Positions 1 through 14,526 of a stretch of DNA of 64,000 bases are shown one piece after another. Within the stretch, counting starts at the first letter, position 1, and each line of letters opens with the position of its first letter. The stretch comes from Auanema rhodensis (lineage: Eukaryota; Animalia; Nematoda): positions 10,044,001 through 10,108,000 of the forward strand of contig OZ059897.1 in assembly GCA_964057225.1 (NCBI GenBank). Reading direction: 5' to 3'. The position numbers and the translations under genes are program-made. The notes under the pieces were generated by a model. That model saw only the letters and a list, made by a program, of their open reading frames with translations. It was not told the DNA's origin and did no database searches.

Positions 1-1691
1 CTATAGTAAGTGTTGACGCTGTAGCATCTGTTTGCCCAAATACCATTTTCTGCATATTTCAGCTATTTTCAAGCTTTTGCCAAGCAAAAATATGTCTTAG
101 CAAACGGAAAATTTCAAATCTTCAATTTCAGGCTCTTTTGACAGTTCTGGGACAACTGGGCAAAAGCCTACACCAGAATATTTCTCATAATTTCACAATT
201 TTTTTGATATTTTAATCTTTTAGAGGTTTTCAAATAGTTACTCATAATCTCCGAAACGACCTGAAGCCTCTAACAGATCTTGACCTCTAAGAGTACGCAA
301 AGAACTAATTTTAAAGAAGATCAAATACACATAACTACGGCAATGTCTTCTAGTTTTGAAAATGCTCGAAACTTATGAAAATTAGTTTTAATCTCATTAT
401 TTTGATGAGTAATGACTTACCATTCAAACTAACAAATGAATCATAACGAGATTTTTCAAAGAAGATAATGCTCATTTGAGATTATCTAATCGTCTCTATC
501 GAAGCGTGTTTAGAATATGGCAGAAGAATACTCTCACTTTCCATCTAAAGTTGGGATAAAAGACGAAACTGATATTAGAGGCAACTATTATAAATGTTTT
601 TTCATATTTTCAGTCAAAATTTCGAATGTCACAGCTATTCTCTCTCTCAGAGTTTTTCTTTGAGGAAACCATTGATATAACATGTAAATTCATTTTTCTT
701 TTTTCAATAAAACTAATTCTATTTCATATACAAACACATTATTGAATTCTAATTCTTAATTTTCAGTCAACTAATGATAGGAATGAATCTCACTGAAATT
801 CCTTCATTATCATCTGCAAATAATCATTTTTCTTTCAAAAAACCAACGTCAACACTATATACAACAGACAATTCGTTTTTTTATTTAACTATATAAACAT
901 ATTATCTATCTATCTATCTATCTATATATATTAGTTTTGAAATCATTTTTTAAATTTCCTTTCTTGGATCATGTTACCCAGTTTATTCGTTATTCTCCTA
1001 TTTTCTTCAATTTCATTCACATTCTCTACCCCACAATTGGATAAAAACGTATTGTTCAATGCTTGTCATTTTGCCAAATCTTTTATTATCTTTAGAATCA
1101 GCTAATTGATAACCAACAGAAGAGTTTCACATCATTTATTAAAAATGTGATCAAAAAATTAAATGAAACTGACTACGAAGATGAGGAGACGTCATCGAAT
1201 TCCTTGTCTTCTACATGGCATTCACTCAGTTGCGGTTTCTGTCAGAATCTTATGACAACTAATATGGATCTTCTGAGTCAGGTCACAGTGAGTTCTTATC
1301 ATTCTTCCAGGTCACTGACAATTTTTTTTCTGAAAAATACCTGTTTAGTCAACAAATGAGAATACAATCACCAATTTTTGTGACAAAATTCTGAGTCATA
1401 TTGGGTTGGCGAAATGGGGTAAATTCATCTGTGATACACTATTGGAAGTAAGCTTAATAAGCATGAAATTGAACTTGATTTAACTTAATTTTCAGGCTAA
1501 ATTGAATATTTTCATAAATAAAGTGAAAAATCATCATTACAGAGATGAAAGCGTGAAGAAAATCTGTACAAGTATCAAGATGTGTACTTTCTGAGTATGT
1601 GGAAGTATATGAAAAGCCATTACTTGTTTTAATCATATTTTTGTTTTTAAATCTAATTACTATGTACTTTGAGTTGGTAAAGATTATATCA

Positions 1692-1693
<2 letters not shown>

Positions 1694-1729
<36 letters not shown>

Positions 1730-1742
1730 CCTCTCTCTCTCC

Positions 1743-1795
<53 letters not shown>

Positions 1796-1825
1796 CCTCT
1801 CCCTCTCTCTCTCTCTCTTTCTCTG
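1694..1825. repeat. (CT)n microsatellite
   Basis: ~130 bp near-perfect CT repeat. Confidence 0.95.
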
Positions 1826-2146
1826 TCTTTAGTTTATCATATTCTTTCTTTTGTTTTGTTTTTTTTAACGGGATATCGAAGATGATCGTTTAATCACAAG
1901 AAAAGAAAAAACAACAATGATGGAAAGAATTCGATTGAAATACATATTGAAAAAACCGCTTTTATAAAGCTTTTGTCTTTCTTTGTTCTAGCTATGGATT
2001 TTCACCGGAGAGTATGTCGTAACGACTATCATGTCCATTTATATCTGACTTTCAGGTTTTTATTATATCTCAAGCTTCTTCTTCTTCTTCATCTTCTTCG
2101 TCTTTATGTCTCACTTCACGTCCTTCATTTTGACTAAGCCCTTGTC

Positions 2147-3325
2147 ATGTCTTCCCGACTGAGGATTTTTCGATCACATATCATACCATATTTCTTATTA
2201 ATTTTACTATTTATTCACTTTACTCATGCTGATTTCACTCCTAATTTCCGAAAATTCTTACACGATACCTATGGAATTGCCATTCAAGAGATGCTTGAGC
2301 GTACTGATCTTGGTGCAGATGCATCATTTGGAGGGAAAGTATTGTTTTTGTTTTTTTCTTTCAATTTTCTTTTATTTTTTATAGTCAAGTCTAAATGAAG
2401 AAGTAATTAATGATCCTGTCATCATAGTACATGGAATAACTAATAAAGTTTCTCGATTTGATGTAATTTTAAAATTTCTTTTAAAGTTATTTATTTCAAT
2501 TTAAAGGCTATGCGCCAATTTCTTATATCTAAAGGCTATAAAAGCTCTGAAATATATGGAACAACTTGGGGAGATGCTGGTACAACACCTGTCGGATTGG
2601 TAGATCTCAAATGCTCATATGTTAAACAATTAAGGTTTTTATAATATATAGTTTATAATATTTATATTTTTTAAAATTTTATAGAGCTCTTATCATAGCT
2701 GTAAGTCAATATACAGGCAAACAAGTTGATATTATAGCTTATTCTATGGGAGCACCATTGGCTCGAAAAGCTATTTTAGGAGGAAATTGTGTTGATACTA
2801 GAGAAATTCTAGGTATCTTTCATTATAAATTATATAAATTATATTATTATAAACATAAATTCAGGTACACCTATTACACAACTGGTGGATACCTTCTTAT
2901 CAGTAGCTGGAGCCAATTATGGTAGTGCTTTATGCTTAGTTACACTGCCAGTAGGAACATGTAACAGGTAATTTGATTCAACTCAATCAATTTAAAAATT
3001 AATGTTTCAAGAAAAAATGGATTACACTGTGATTCTGAATATCTACAAGATATCAATAGTAATGAAGGTTATGAGGGAACATACGTTTTCAGCATATTCT
3101 CAACGGCTGATGAGAAGGTTTTTTTAATAAAAAAAATCTTTTTTTTTTTCAAATCTTAATTGACATGTGCATTTCAAGGTTGGCTTCCGTACATGTGGCA
3201 GACCGGTGTCTCCTATTCGTGGTGGTACAGGATATGTAAAGAAGGAAGGATTAACCCATGATCAGCTAATGGACAGTACATTGCAATTACAGAAGAATTT
3301 TGTGACAAAACATTCGCCTAAGTAA
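2147..3325 (+). CDS. Secreted class-2 lipase (Lipase_2, C. elegans lips family), 7 exons
   Basis: Signal peptide then DFTPNFRKFLHDTYG...ERTDLG..ASFGGK; spliced protein has PVIIVHG, the VDIIAYSMG nucleophile elbow, TFLSVAGANYG and STADEKVG; GT-AG introns; stop TAA 3323-3325; AATAAA ~3435. Confidence 0.9.
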
Positions 3326-4702
3326 TGTTAAAACAAACAAAAAACTCTTCATCTCTTTATATATACTATATACTATATACTATATATATATATTTATTGC
3401 TTTAAAATATTATTATTTTTTCTTTTTATTCATAAATAAACTGTATTAAAATAATAGTTTTTACAATCAAAATGAGATGAACACATTGAAATGAGCAATA
3501 ACAATCTCTAATATAACTAATATAAAGCCAGTTTATTCAAAAAATTCATCCAATTTTGCAGAAAATCTGACTATAATACTGTTTGGACTAGCCAAACGAT
3601 TAGTCACAAACGTCTTGTTTGCATTCTTATACTTCTTCAAATACCTTCAAAATTATATATTTTATATAGAAGAAAGAAAGAAAATTATATTTTATGGAAA
3701 AATCAATAAAAAAATTTTTGAAAATATAGCCTACTAATCCTTAATAAGCAATACAGATGACGAATTGGCAACAATTCATACTGAAGAGCACCGTCCGTAT
3801 TAAGGGGCGGAGCTTGTTGCCAAGCTCCGGACGATCCTGCGTGCCCCTTACGTTCTACGTCTCTAACTCTGCAAACATTCTAAACGAGCCTCGAATCTCA
3901 ATGTTTCTTCCACTCTCGGTCCTCATACATTTCCCTTTTCTCGTTTTCTCTATTTTCCTTTCACTGGTCCACCTTTTCCCTGTCCACTGTTTATACCTTT
4001 AGTTTGCTTTCGTTATAATTCCTCCGCCATTTCCTACTATCTCGTTCGTTCTCATCTACACTTTCTACCTCTCATTCGCCCCTCTATCTCTTTTCCTCTC
4101 ATTCCCTTCCTTCTCCACTTTCCCTCTCACTTTCTCTATTACTTTCTCTCTTTTGCTACAATCAGCCAACACTACCTCGTATGTTGAACAGGACTCCAAC
4201 TTACCACGTATCGTCACTATACGTTCCTCGACCGCAACCTCATTCAGATCAATCTCATCTTCTTCCATGTTTCCTTCAGAATTTTTTTTATTTGATATCT
4301 CTTCGTCACCACCATTTCGACTCTCTCATCTCACTTTGTCATCGTTATTACTCAATCAAGCTTCTCAAATTTCATTTCACTGTTTCTTCCACCTTTCAAA
4401 TCTATCATATTTTCAATATTTCCAAGGTTATACACATATTACTTCAGAATATATTGGAAATTGTATGTTCTTGTTCAATTAACCGCTATTTTTCTTTTTC
4501 TATATTCTTATCATGTTTAATCAATAAAAGTTTTATTCATTCTTGATAACATATCTTCAATGTCAAATCTGTAACTTTCTACTTCAGTTACTTAACAATC
4601 TATACTTTCTTTACTTCATTCAACTTTTTCAGCTTTTCGTATGTTTGGGCTTAAACTGACATTTCTTCCTTCTGCCAGCTCATAATAAAAAAAATTTGAA
4701 AC

Positions 4703-7700
4703 ATGTTCACATCAGCTGATGAATTATTTGGTTATTCAACTGTATTACTTGGCGTTTCTCCATTAGCGACTCAAATTGGCTTATCTCCAATTTACTGGAT
4801 TCTTCTATTTCCCCTCGTCGCCTTACCTGTCTTCTCTCTCTTACTGCCCTTGGGTCATCTGGCTAATACAGGCCCAGTATTGACATACAAGCGAATAGTT
4901 CCATTAGCATCAGGTATGTTATATGTCTCTCTAATCAATTTTAATTATATGAAAATAATTTATTTTTTGTTTTCTTAATGCTGTCTAAAACAATTTTTGT
5001 TAAAAACTTATATAGACAAGGTCATTGATCAATGTATTACCTACCTACATACATACATATATATGAACGAAGGTCAAATTAACTGACAATCATCCTCCTT
5101 TTTCCTATATATTATGTAAAAGTATTTTGATAGCATTGACGAATATATATATGGATAGAAAATCAAATCCGTATGTATTCATATGGAAAAATATAATTTA
5201 TACATATATAGTATATAGTATATATGACAATTATGATTCAAAAAAAGAAAGAAAAAGAAGTTTGAATGAAATACCCAATATTGACGTTGATGTCTATATA
5301 GTAAAGATACGATTACAGGTCTTGGATGGGGATTAACATGGCTAATAGGTGAACGTTTATACGTAGAAGGATTGCGAGCTGCTCAAAATGTTCTGTATTT
5401 CTTATTTTCTATCCGAAATAACCTGAATTGGGCTATTCATTGTGGATTTCCACATAATTCTCAATATTGCATGGATTTCTTTGAAGAAAATATGACTGTA
5501 ACACAATATCATCACTATCCCGATAATCATTGGCCTGCTCAAGAGTTTAATAGGTATATTTTGTATAAATTAACATGAAAAAATATAAATAAATCAATAA
5601 AATTTATAAAGAATGCACAACCGGTTTTAGCATCGTTTGAAAAATGAAAATAATATCTGCTATTATGCATATTTTCGCGTGAACTTTACACGTATTCATA
5701 TTTTTGATTATAGGAATCTTATACGTGGAAATGAAATACAAACCAGCATGCCAGCTACTTGGGAACCAAATGAATGGTATCTTGGTAGCTCCACCGATTT
5801 ATTTCACTTCGGAATGCCATCATTTGGCTTAGCAGCAGCACACAGTCTCATTTGGATCACAATCTATTACTGTGCTAAGAAGTATATAAGATATTTCATT
5901 TGATTTCAAGTTGTTCATTCATTTTAGAATTCAAAATGGCACACAAACCTGGTTTGTCAGAATATTTGTATTGTTTCCAATCCTGTTATACTTAATTCTT
6001 ATGATGGGAATGTCTATAAGTGGCTTTCACTTTGGTTTACCATCTATTCAAACTGATATTGATGAACAGAAAAGAGATTCTGATCCATTTGATTTTTGGG
6101 CAGATGTTAGAGTGAGTTTTAAAGTTTTAAAGAATATCAAACTTGAATTTCATATTCATTTCAGGGACTATATCGTACATCACTTTTACTTGTTGATTAT
6201 TCAGCAGCATTTACTGGTATTTTACTGTTTGCAACAAGTAGAGTTAAGATAGGTTCATCTCAATTGAATCCTTATCTCATGGTTGCTGGAACATTGGTGA
6301 GTTCATGAACTAAATATATATTATATGTATATATAAACTATATGTGTGAAAGCTTCAGAACAAACATTTCAATATTTGTTTTTTTTTATTTCAGTTAGTA
6401 CCTACAATGATGACAATATTAAGAAGTGGATGTGAAGGGCATATCGCAGATATACAACCGGCTTATAAAACATATATTTCAACAGGTTTTTTCTAAAAAA
6501 AATATTAATTTAAGTATAGTTTATTTGTAATTTTTGTTAGATGAAACAATATCATTTGACTTACTTCCTGTATGTTTTGCTACAAGTCGATTTGGTTCAT
6601 TATGGTCTGCAATCTATTTTCTGGCTCAATTACTATATACTTCGATAGGACCAATGGTATATATCATAATCAAACTGCTTTATAATTTTAAATTTAAATT
6701 TCAGATTATATACACATGTTTCATTTATCAATCATTTGTTGATGAAATTCCTACTGTTCAAAATAATTCGAAACTATTCTTTGCAGCATTGGTAACATTC
6801 TTCTCTGTTCCATCTGTCTTGCTGTATATGCCGGTATGAACTTTTAAAGTTTTAAGACAATAATAAACTTTATGCTTTAGATGGGAACAAAAATTACTTT
6901 GTTATTCCGTTATGTATCACAATCATCTATTCTTCAGATTTTAGCTTTTATTGTTATTTTCTTTATATATGGTAAAATACTATATAATTTATATTTAATT
7001 ATATATAAATTATATTTAGGATGGCAAACAGTTGAAGCTGATATTCTTACAATGTCAAGTGAGACTGGAACTGTCTCCATTTTGACATATCTTCTTCGTC
7101 CAACTTCACCTATCTATACCGTATTCTTATTTACAGTAATTCCAGCACTATTATGTGTTAGTTTACTTATACGTATAGTTACATCTTGTAATATACCAAT
7201 TTCAGTCCAAGTTTGTAGCTGTATTTGATTTACTTGTAGATGGTAATGATATCATGAAACATATTGATGCTGGAGCAGCATTCATACCTGGATCTCTGCT
7301 AACTAGACGTTTAGTAGGATATGGTTAGTCATTATATCTCATCGTTTTCAAAATTAATTTTATTACTATTTAAGGAATCATGTTTATGCCAGTATTCATA
7401 GTTACCGCTTATGCTTCATATACCATGTATTCAATGTGTGTACGACATAAGCTTCCTTATGTAGATTTACTAAAACCAACAACTGACTGGATGCAACATA
7501 CAACTGTTAATCAGGTAGAGATATAATGGAAAAAACAAATTAAAAATCATTTTATTATTTCCAGAGTCGACCAAGAGAACATTCATTAGCGTATGGATTA
7601 TTTAACAGTTTATTCAATATTAGTTATTCAACATTACTTCTTGGCTTATACATAGTTGAATCATTTATTGCTTTAACATTAATAACATTATTTTTCCTTA

Positions 7701-8341
7701 ATAGCGTATCCATATTAGGTTTGTTTATTCAATTAAAAAGAATTGTTTGAACTTTCTTAAATTTTCCAGGTATTACTTCTACAGCTTCTGCTAATAATTA
7801 TCGTTCTATGATGCTTCTAGTCTTAGTTATATTCCATCTATATGCCTTATATGAAATGAGATCCAGTCAAAGAAATTGGGATTCTCCAGAAAGGTAAAAC
7901 TTCTTATAATCTTGTTTCTCTAATTACTATATATTTGTGTTAGGTTATCTGTGTATATAGCAGTTGCCACTATGGAATGTGCTATGCTCAATGGCTACAT
8001 GTGGATGTTCACAGCCGATCATTCTTGGGGAATTGATGCACAGCCATTGTTACTCATCTTCTTCAATACATGTTTGTGAAATGTTTTATTTGTTCTTACA
8101 TTCGAATCCTTACAGTGCTACGAGGATGCTGTATAATCTTAGCAATTGCTATTCGAGCTCATATGATGGAACTGGCTCGCCCTCCAACAAGACGTACAAG
8201 AGATGCCACAGAGGTCTGCTGCTCAAAACTATATGACAGTTGTACAATACAAGCATTTTACAGATTTATGATGTAGATACAGTGGCTGAGATGGATGCTG
8301 AAGACGACAGTCCAATCATCTTTGATATAGCTCGAGCTTGA
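4703..8341 (+). CDS. Divergent SLC6/SNF (sodium:neurotransmitter symporter)-like multi-pass membrane protein, ~17 exons
   Basis: LPVFSLLLPLGHLANTGPVLTYKRIVPLASGLGWG resembles SLC6 TM2-3 (ELxLGQ...G.G). Also HWPAQEF in EL2, LLPVCFATSRFGSLWSAIYF (TM8) and many hydrophobic exons. All introns are GT-AG; it ends ...SPIIFDIARA* (TGA 8339-8341). Confidence 0.7.
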
Positions 8342-9636
8342 AGTATTTCTGTTTTTTTTTAAATGTTATTGAACAATGCACAACATATACATGGTATATG
8401 TAGGTAGAAGCTGTTATTAATCATCATGTTGTCTGTTTATTTCATCTTTCAGCTTATTGTTATCACTACAAATCTTTTTAATCACTTATTATCAGCTATC
8501 AAAATAGCTATATATGTAACTCATGCAGTTTTTTTGTGCAATATTATTCAAAGTCTTTGCATGTAGCTAATAGCTAACTAAACGTCTCCTTATATACATA
8601 CTATATAGGCTATTTTCTTGTCTTTTTTGTATTTAAAAAAAAGAAAAAATATATTATATTCCATCATGAAAAAATCGGCTGAAAAATACAGGTAGAAAAT
8701 ATTTTATTCTTTTCTTCATAATAATAAAGATTTGTTTCAAATTTTCCTATATTCTAACTACATACATAGTATATACATATGTGTATATGTATATAACTAT
8801 GATTATTATCAAAATAATAATTTAAAAATCAAGTTTTTTTGTATATAAACATTTTCTTTTTAAACTATTAATTTCAAATATTTTATTAATATTCTTCATG
8901 TATATCCAAAAATTAATTGTTTCATGTGATAAAGTTAATATATGATTTGAATCTAAATGATTTCTTAATGCCTTAATCTTAAGGATTATCCTGAATAATA
9001 CAAATCATTTACGTTCATCTGGAAGGATAATACACATACATAAATGTTAAAAACGTAGTTTTAAAGTTATATTAATCAATGATCAACATTAATATTTTAT
9101 ATATAAAACTACAATATAAACTAGTAGCAGAAGTAGAATTGATAGTAGAAATACTAGTAATAGTAGTAGTAATAGTAGTTTCTTATCCAACTTTGAGCAG
9201 CAGCATTATCAACCCATTTATTTGAAATCTTTTGCCATTTTGGTGTTCTCATTACACCAAAGAGAATAGCAATTTTTTCTCTCTCAACAGCTTGAAATAA
9301 GTAAAAAATATTGATTTCACATGAAGTATTAATATAACCTGGAGATTTTCTGTTTATAACTATGTATTCTTTGCATTTGTATTATAACGTTATTCCTTGA
9401 AAAGATATTCTATGTGATGATATTTATTCATATTAGAAGTACAACTTATTCTGATATTTGAAATTATTTTTATTTGAATATCAAATGCTATTGCATATTA
9501 AATAGATTTTAAAATTCATTATTAGAAGCATGTACAATCTATAATACAAATTTTATTTTTTGAAACTTTCATTATTGTTCTTAAGTACTCCAAATATCAT
9601 TCATTGTATTATATATTCTTGAAACAATATGTATAT

Positions 9637-9681
9637 TCTCTCTTTCTCTTTCTCTCTCGTTCTTTCTTTCTCTCTCCCTCC

Positions 9682-9712
<31 letters not shown>

Positions 9713-9722
9713 TCTTTCTCTC
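9637..9722. repeat. Imperfect (CT)n microsatellite
   Basis: Seen directly. Confidence 0.85.
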
Positions 9723-10690
9723 ACATGTTTTAACTCTTCTTCTTTCTTTTAATCATGATTTTTTATTTAATACATTAATCGATAATATATTCTAAGGCTT
9801 CATCCACATATAAATTCTTCACCGGAAGTATATACTTAATTTGCTTTTGTTTTTCATTTCATAATTTTCAATTTTCACAAAAAGAATAACTGTGTTGTTA
9901 TTAAAAAAAAATAAAATTGTTCATGCAATTCAGTATATTAATCGTTAAATTATGACAAATTAAGGAATTACTAGGACTCAATAATATCAATTATCATACT
10001 GGCTTCAAAACTTTTGAATACAAATTGAATTATCACAACAATGTTTTTTCCAATAGTTTACCTGTTCATTGAATTTACTATTTTCTCATAAAATACATTT
10101 CGTACTTTTACTCAACGGATACACATTCTAATTTTATATTTTTCTCGTTTTCAATCCAATATATAGATGAACCTACTACTTCTATATATAAGTATAATCA
10201 ATATCTCAGCTTTCTCAATTTGATATTATATATTTTCTCATTTTTGATGTTGTATAAAGCATATACTATACATATGTATACATATATATGTATATATATA
10301 TGTGCATTTCCTGCAAATAATCCGTATAAAACAATATAAGATTAATATATTTTGGATATCAAAATACAGTTCTTGAATAGAATCATTTTTTTTGTTTGAT
10401 TCTTGACTTTCTGTATTTCTTCTACAAATGCATATAAAACTTTTTTTTTCTTTTAAATAAAATATTATGTTATCTAAAAATTATTATATTAACAGTTCAT
10501 CAGTTTAAAAATCTAAAAAAAGAATCAAATTCTTCTTTTTTATTAAATTATAAATATTAAATCATTGTCATAGAACTCATTGAAGCATTCAAATCAATAT
10601 AGTAATTGTAGCCCAATGTATGATCTTCATCTCAAAATTATTTTTTTCTTCTTTTAGAAATAGGACGATGAAGCTTACGAAAGAAGAGAC

Positions 10691-11551
10691 ATGCAGCTGT
10701 ATACAACAGCTTCAGAAACACTGTTTAGGGTAAGTTCTATATATAGTTCTTCACTTCTGACTTTTTTCATAACAGACTACAACTCATTTTAGCAATTACA
10801 GTATGCCTTTCACTGTTCCACCCGGATCCAAAGCAGTAGACAACCTCAAAGATGGAGAATTTGGGAAAATTGCATACACAATATCAATTTTGCTTATGTT
10901 TTCGTTTGTTATTGTAATGCTGATGGTCAGATCAATTCGAAGAACTAATGCAACTATCGAAGTAAGTTGTTCGCTTTTCTTTTTTTTTTATTTTGAAGAA
11001 ACACATAGAATTGTTCGCAGGTTGAAGCTCTATTAGATGCTATGAGATTTCGGGAAGAATTGGATATTCAAGAAAGACAGAAAAGAAGACTTTTGAAAGC
11101 AAAACATAAAGTAATAAGATGAAGCTTGTTCTTCTTCTTATGATTATATTATTTAGGTGACAGCATGGTTAACAAAATCTCATAGTACATCCGACTCACC
11201 AAAGGCTTGGAGAAGCAGTCCTCAGCTGATACAACCACGCAAATATACAAGGTTTATTCATACACTTTATAATTGAAAATGTCAAATATTTTTAGTTCTA
11301 CTGTATCTGAAATACCAGAGATTGTAGTAACTGAAGATGGTCCTTGGATTCCTAGAAGACCAACAACCCCATGCCTTTCGCTTATATATGATTTCACGAA
11401 TGATCATCGTAATTCAATAAGTACTGATAAAACAAGTCGGGGATCTATCAGTTCTCAAACATCAATAGCAACAACTCGGCAATCAATGTCATTAGATAGA
11501 GATTGTGCTCCTCGACTTAGTATTCAATCACATAGTATGAGTCTTGGTTAA
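10691..11551 (+). CDS. mps-2: Single-pass KCNE/MiRP-like K+ channel accessory subunit (MPS family, most like MPS-2)
   Basis: N-glycosylation sequon NYS, TM IAYTISILLMFSFVIVMLMV followed by RSIRR, then EALLDAMRFREEL; 5 exons with GT-AG introns. The paralogue assignment is from memory and uncertain. Confidence 0.6.
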
Positions 11552-12313
11552 CAAATACACGATAATTGAATTCTTAGATAAATAAATTTCCAAACATTGT
11601 AATAGACATATTTATTTAAATGGTATTATGGCTATTTCAATTTCCTATGTTCAATAATTTGAAGAATACTTCATTCATTTCAAGTTTTAAGCCGCTAAGA
11701 GTGAGTCAACATTATTTGATTTACGGGTGAAATATATAATATTCTATATCAAATCTTTTCTCTATATTACTATGCTATTTTATTTTTTCGATAATCTTGA
11801 TTGTTTTCAAGGAAACCCTGTCAGCTTTTTGCAATGATGCGGTTATGATTTGCAGCATGAAGCTTGTATAACCACTATTCATATTGAATGATTATTCTTC
11901 GCATATCGCAGTTACGTGAATTTTCACGTATTGAATAAATTAGACGCACGTGAACTTTACCTTTGTCTCCATCAGTTACACGAACTTTCTCTGTTTCAGA
12001 CCAGTTTTTGCGCATTTTCATATGTTATAAATTATTTTTTTCTTAATTACTATATGAAGTATTGTTGACGTGAAAATATAAATATTTTTGCTTATTTTAT
12101 TAAATTAAAATGAAAACTTGAATTTTCATATAAACACTTAATGAATATGAAATATATGGTTATTATCATATAAAATTATAAAAATAGATTTCTCAATTAC
12201 AATTTACAAATCATAAGTATATCTCTTCCATGCTTAAAAAGAGATTTTGTATGCACTTGATTAAACGTTCAAAATATTAATACACACAACTTACACAGAA
12301 AAACATTCTCTTC

Positions 12314-14084
<1,771 letters not shown>

Positions 14085-14195
14085 ATCTATCAGACTTGGA
14101 GGGAAGATCAACTGAAAATTATTGAATGATATTTAATGTTTTTAAAACTTCAGTTCTCAAGTAGTGAAAACAGAAGAGAAAGCATAGATGTCAAA

Positions 14196-14201
14196 TACGT
14201 G
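14196..14201. promoter_or_regulatory. Candidate HIF-1 hypoxia response element (TACGTG) upstream of sqrd-1
   Basis: Exact TACGTG 112 bp upstream of the sqrd-1 ATG; sqrd-1 is a known HIF-1-dependent H2S-response gene in C. elegans. A single hexamer can occur by chance. Confidence 0.4.
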
Positions 14202-14526
14202 CATTTCCGAATATTTCAAAGACGAATAAGCCGAATGCCTGTTCAAATCACCTTTGACATATTTTGATAAAAAAGGAAGACAAGAATCAGGAAATGAACA
14301 TTTACCACGCCTTCATCGAAAATCAATAAATGATTTAAAACTAGAATAAAAAGGGAGATTCATCATACTTCATGTGCGCCAAAATAACTATAGACATCGT
14401 TAAGCACATTTTAATTAAAGTTTATTAAGTTCACCCGTGAAAAAATCACTAAATTACAATTAAACAAAATAGAAAGTTTAATATGATATGACTTTTTGGT
14501 AATTGTGACAAAAAAAGAAAAAGGCA

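Noticed and set aside
1-600. Possible terminal exon(s) at the window start (e.g. 131-190)
   Set aside because: Acceptor-like sites exist, but no recognisable protein or unambiguous frame.
1599-1832. SLSLSL-type ORFs (also 9604, 43746-44421, 45772)
   Set aside because: Translations of CT/GA microsatellites and purine tracts.
3781-3870. Hammerhead (CTGAAGA) or HDV-like ribozyme assignment for the structured element
   Set aside because: No GAAA after a stem II for a hammerhead; P3/L3, P1.1 GG and J4/2 do not fit HDV. Kept only as an unclassified structure.
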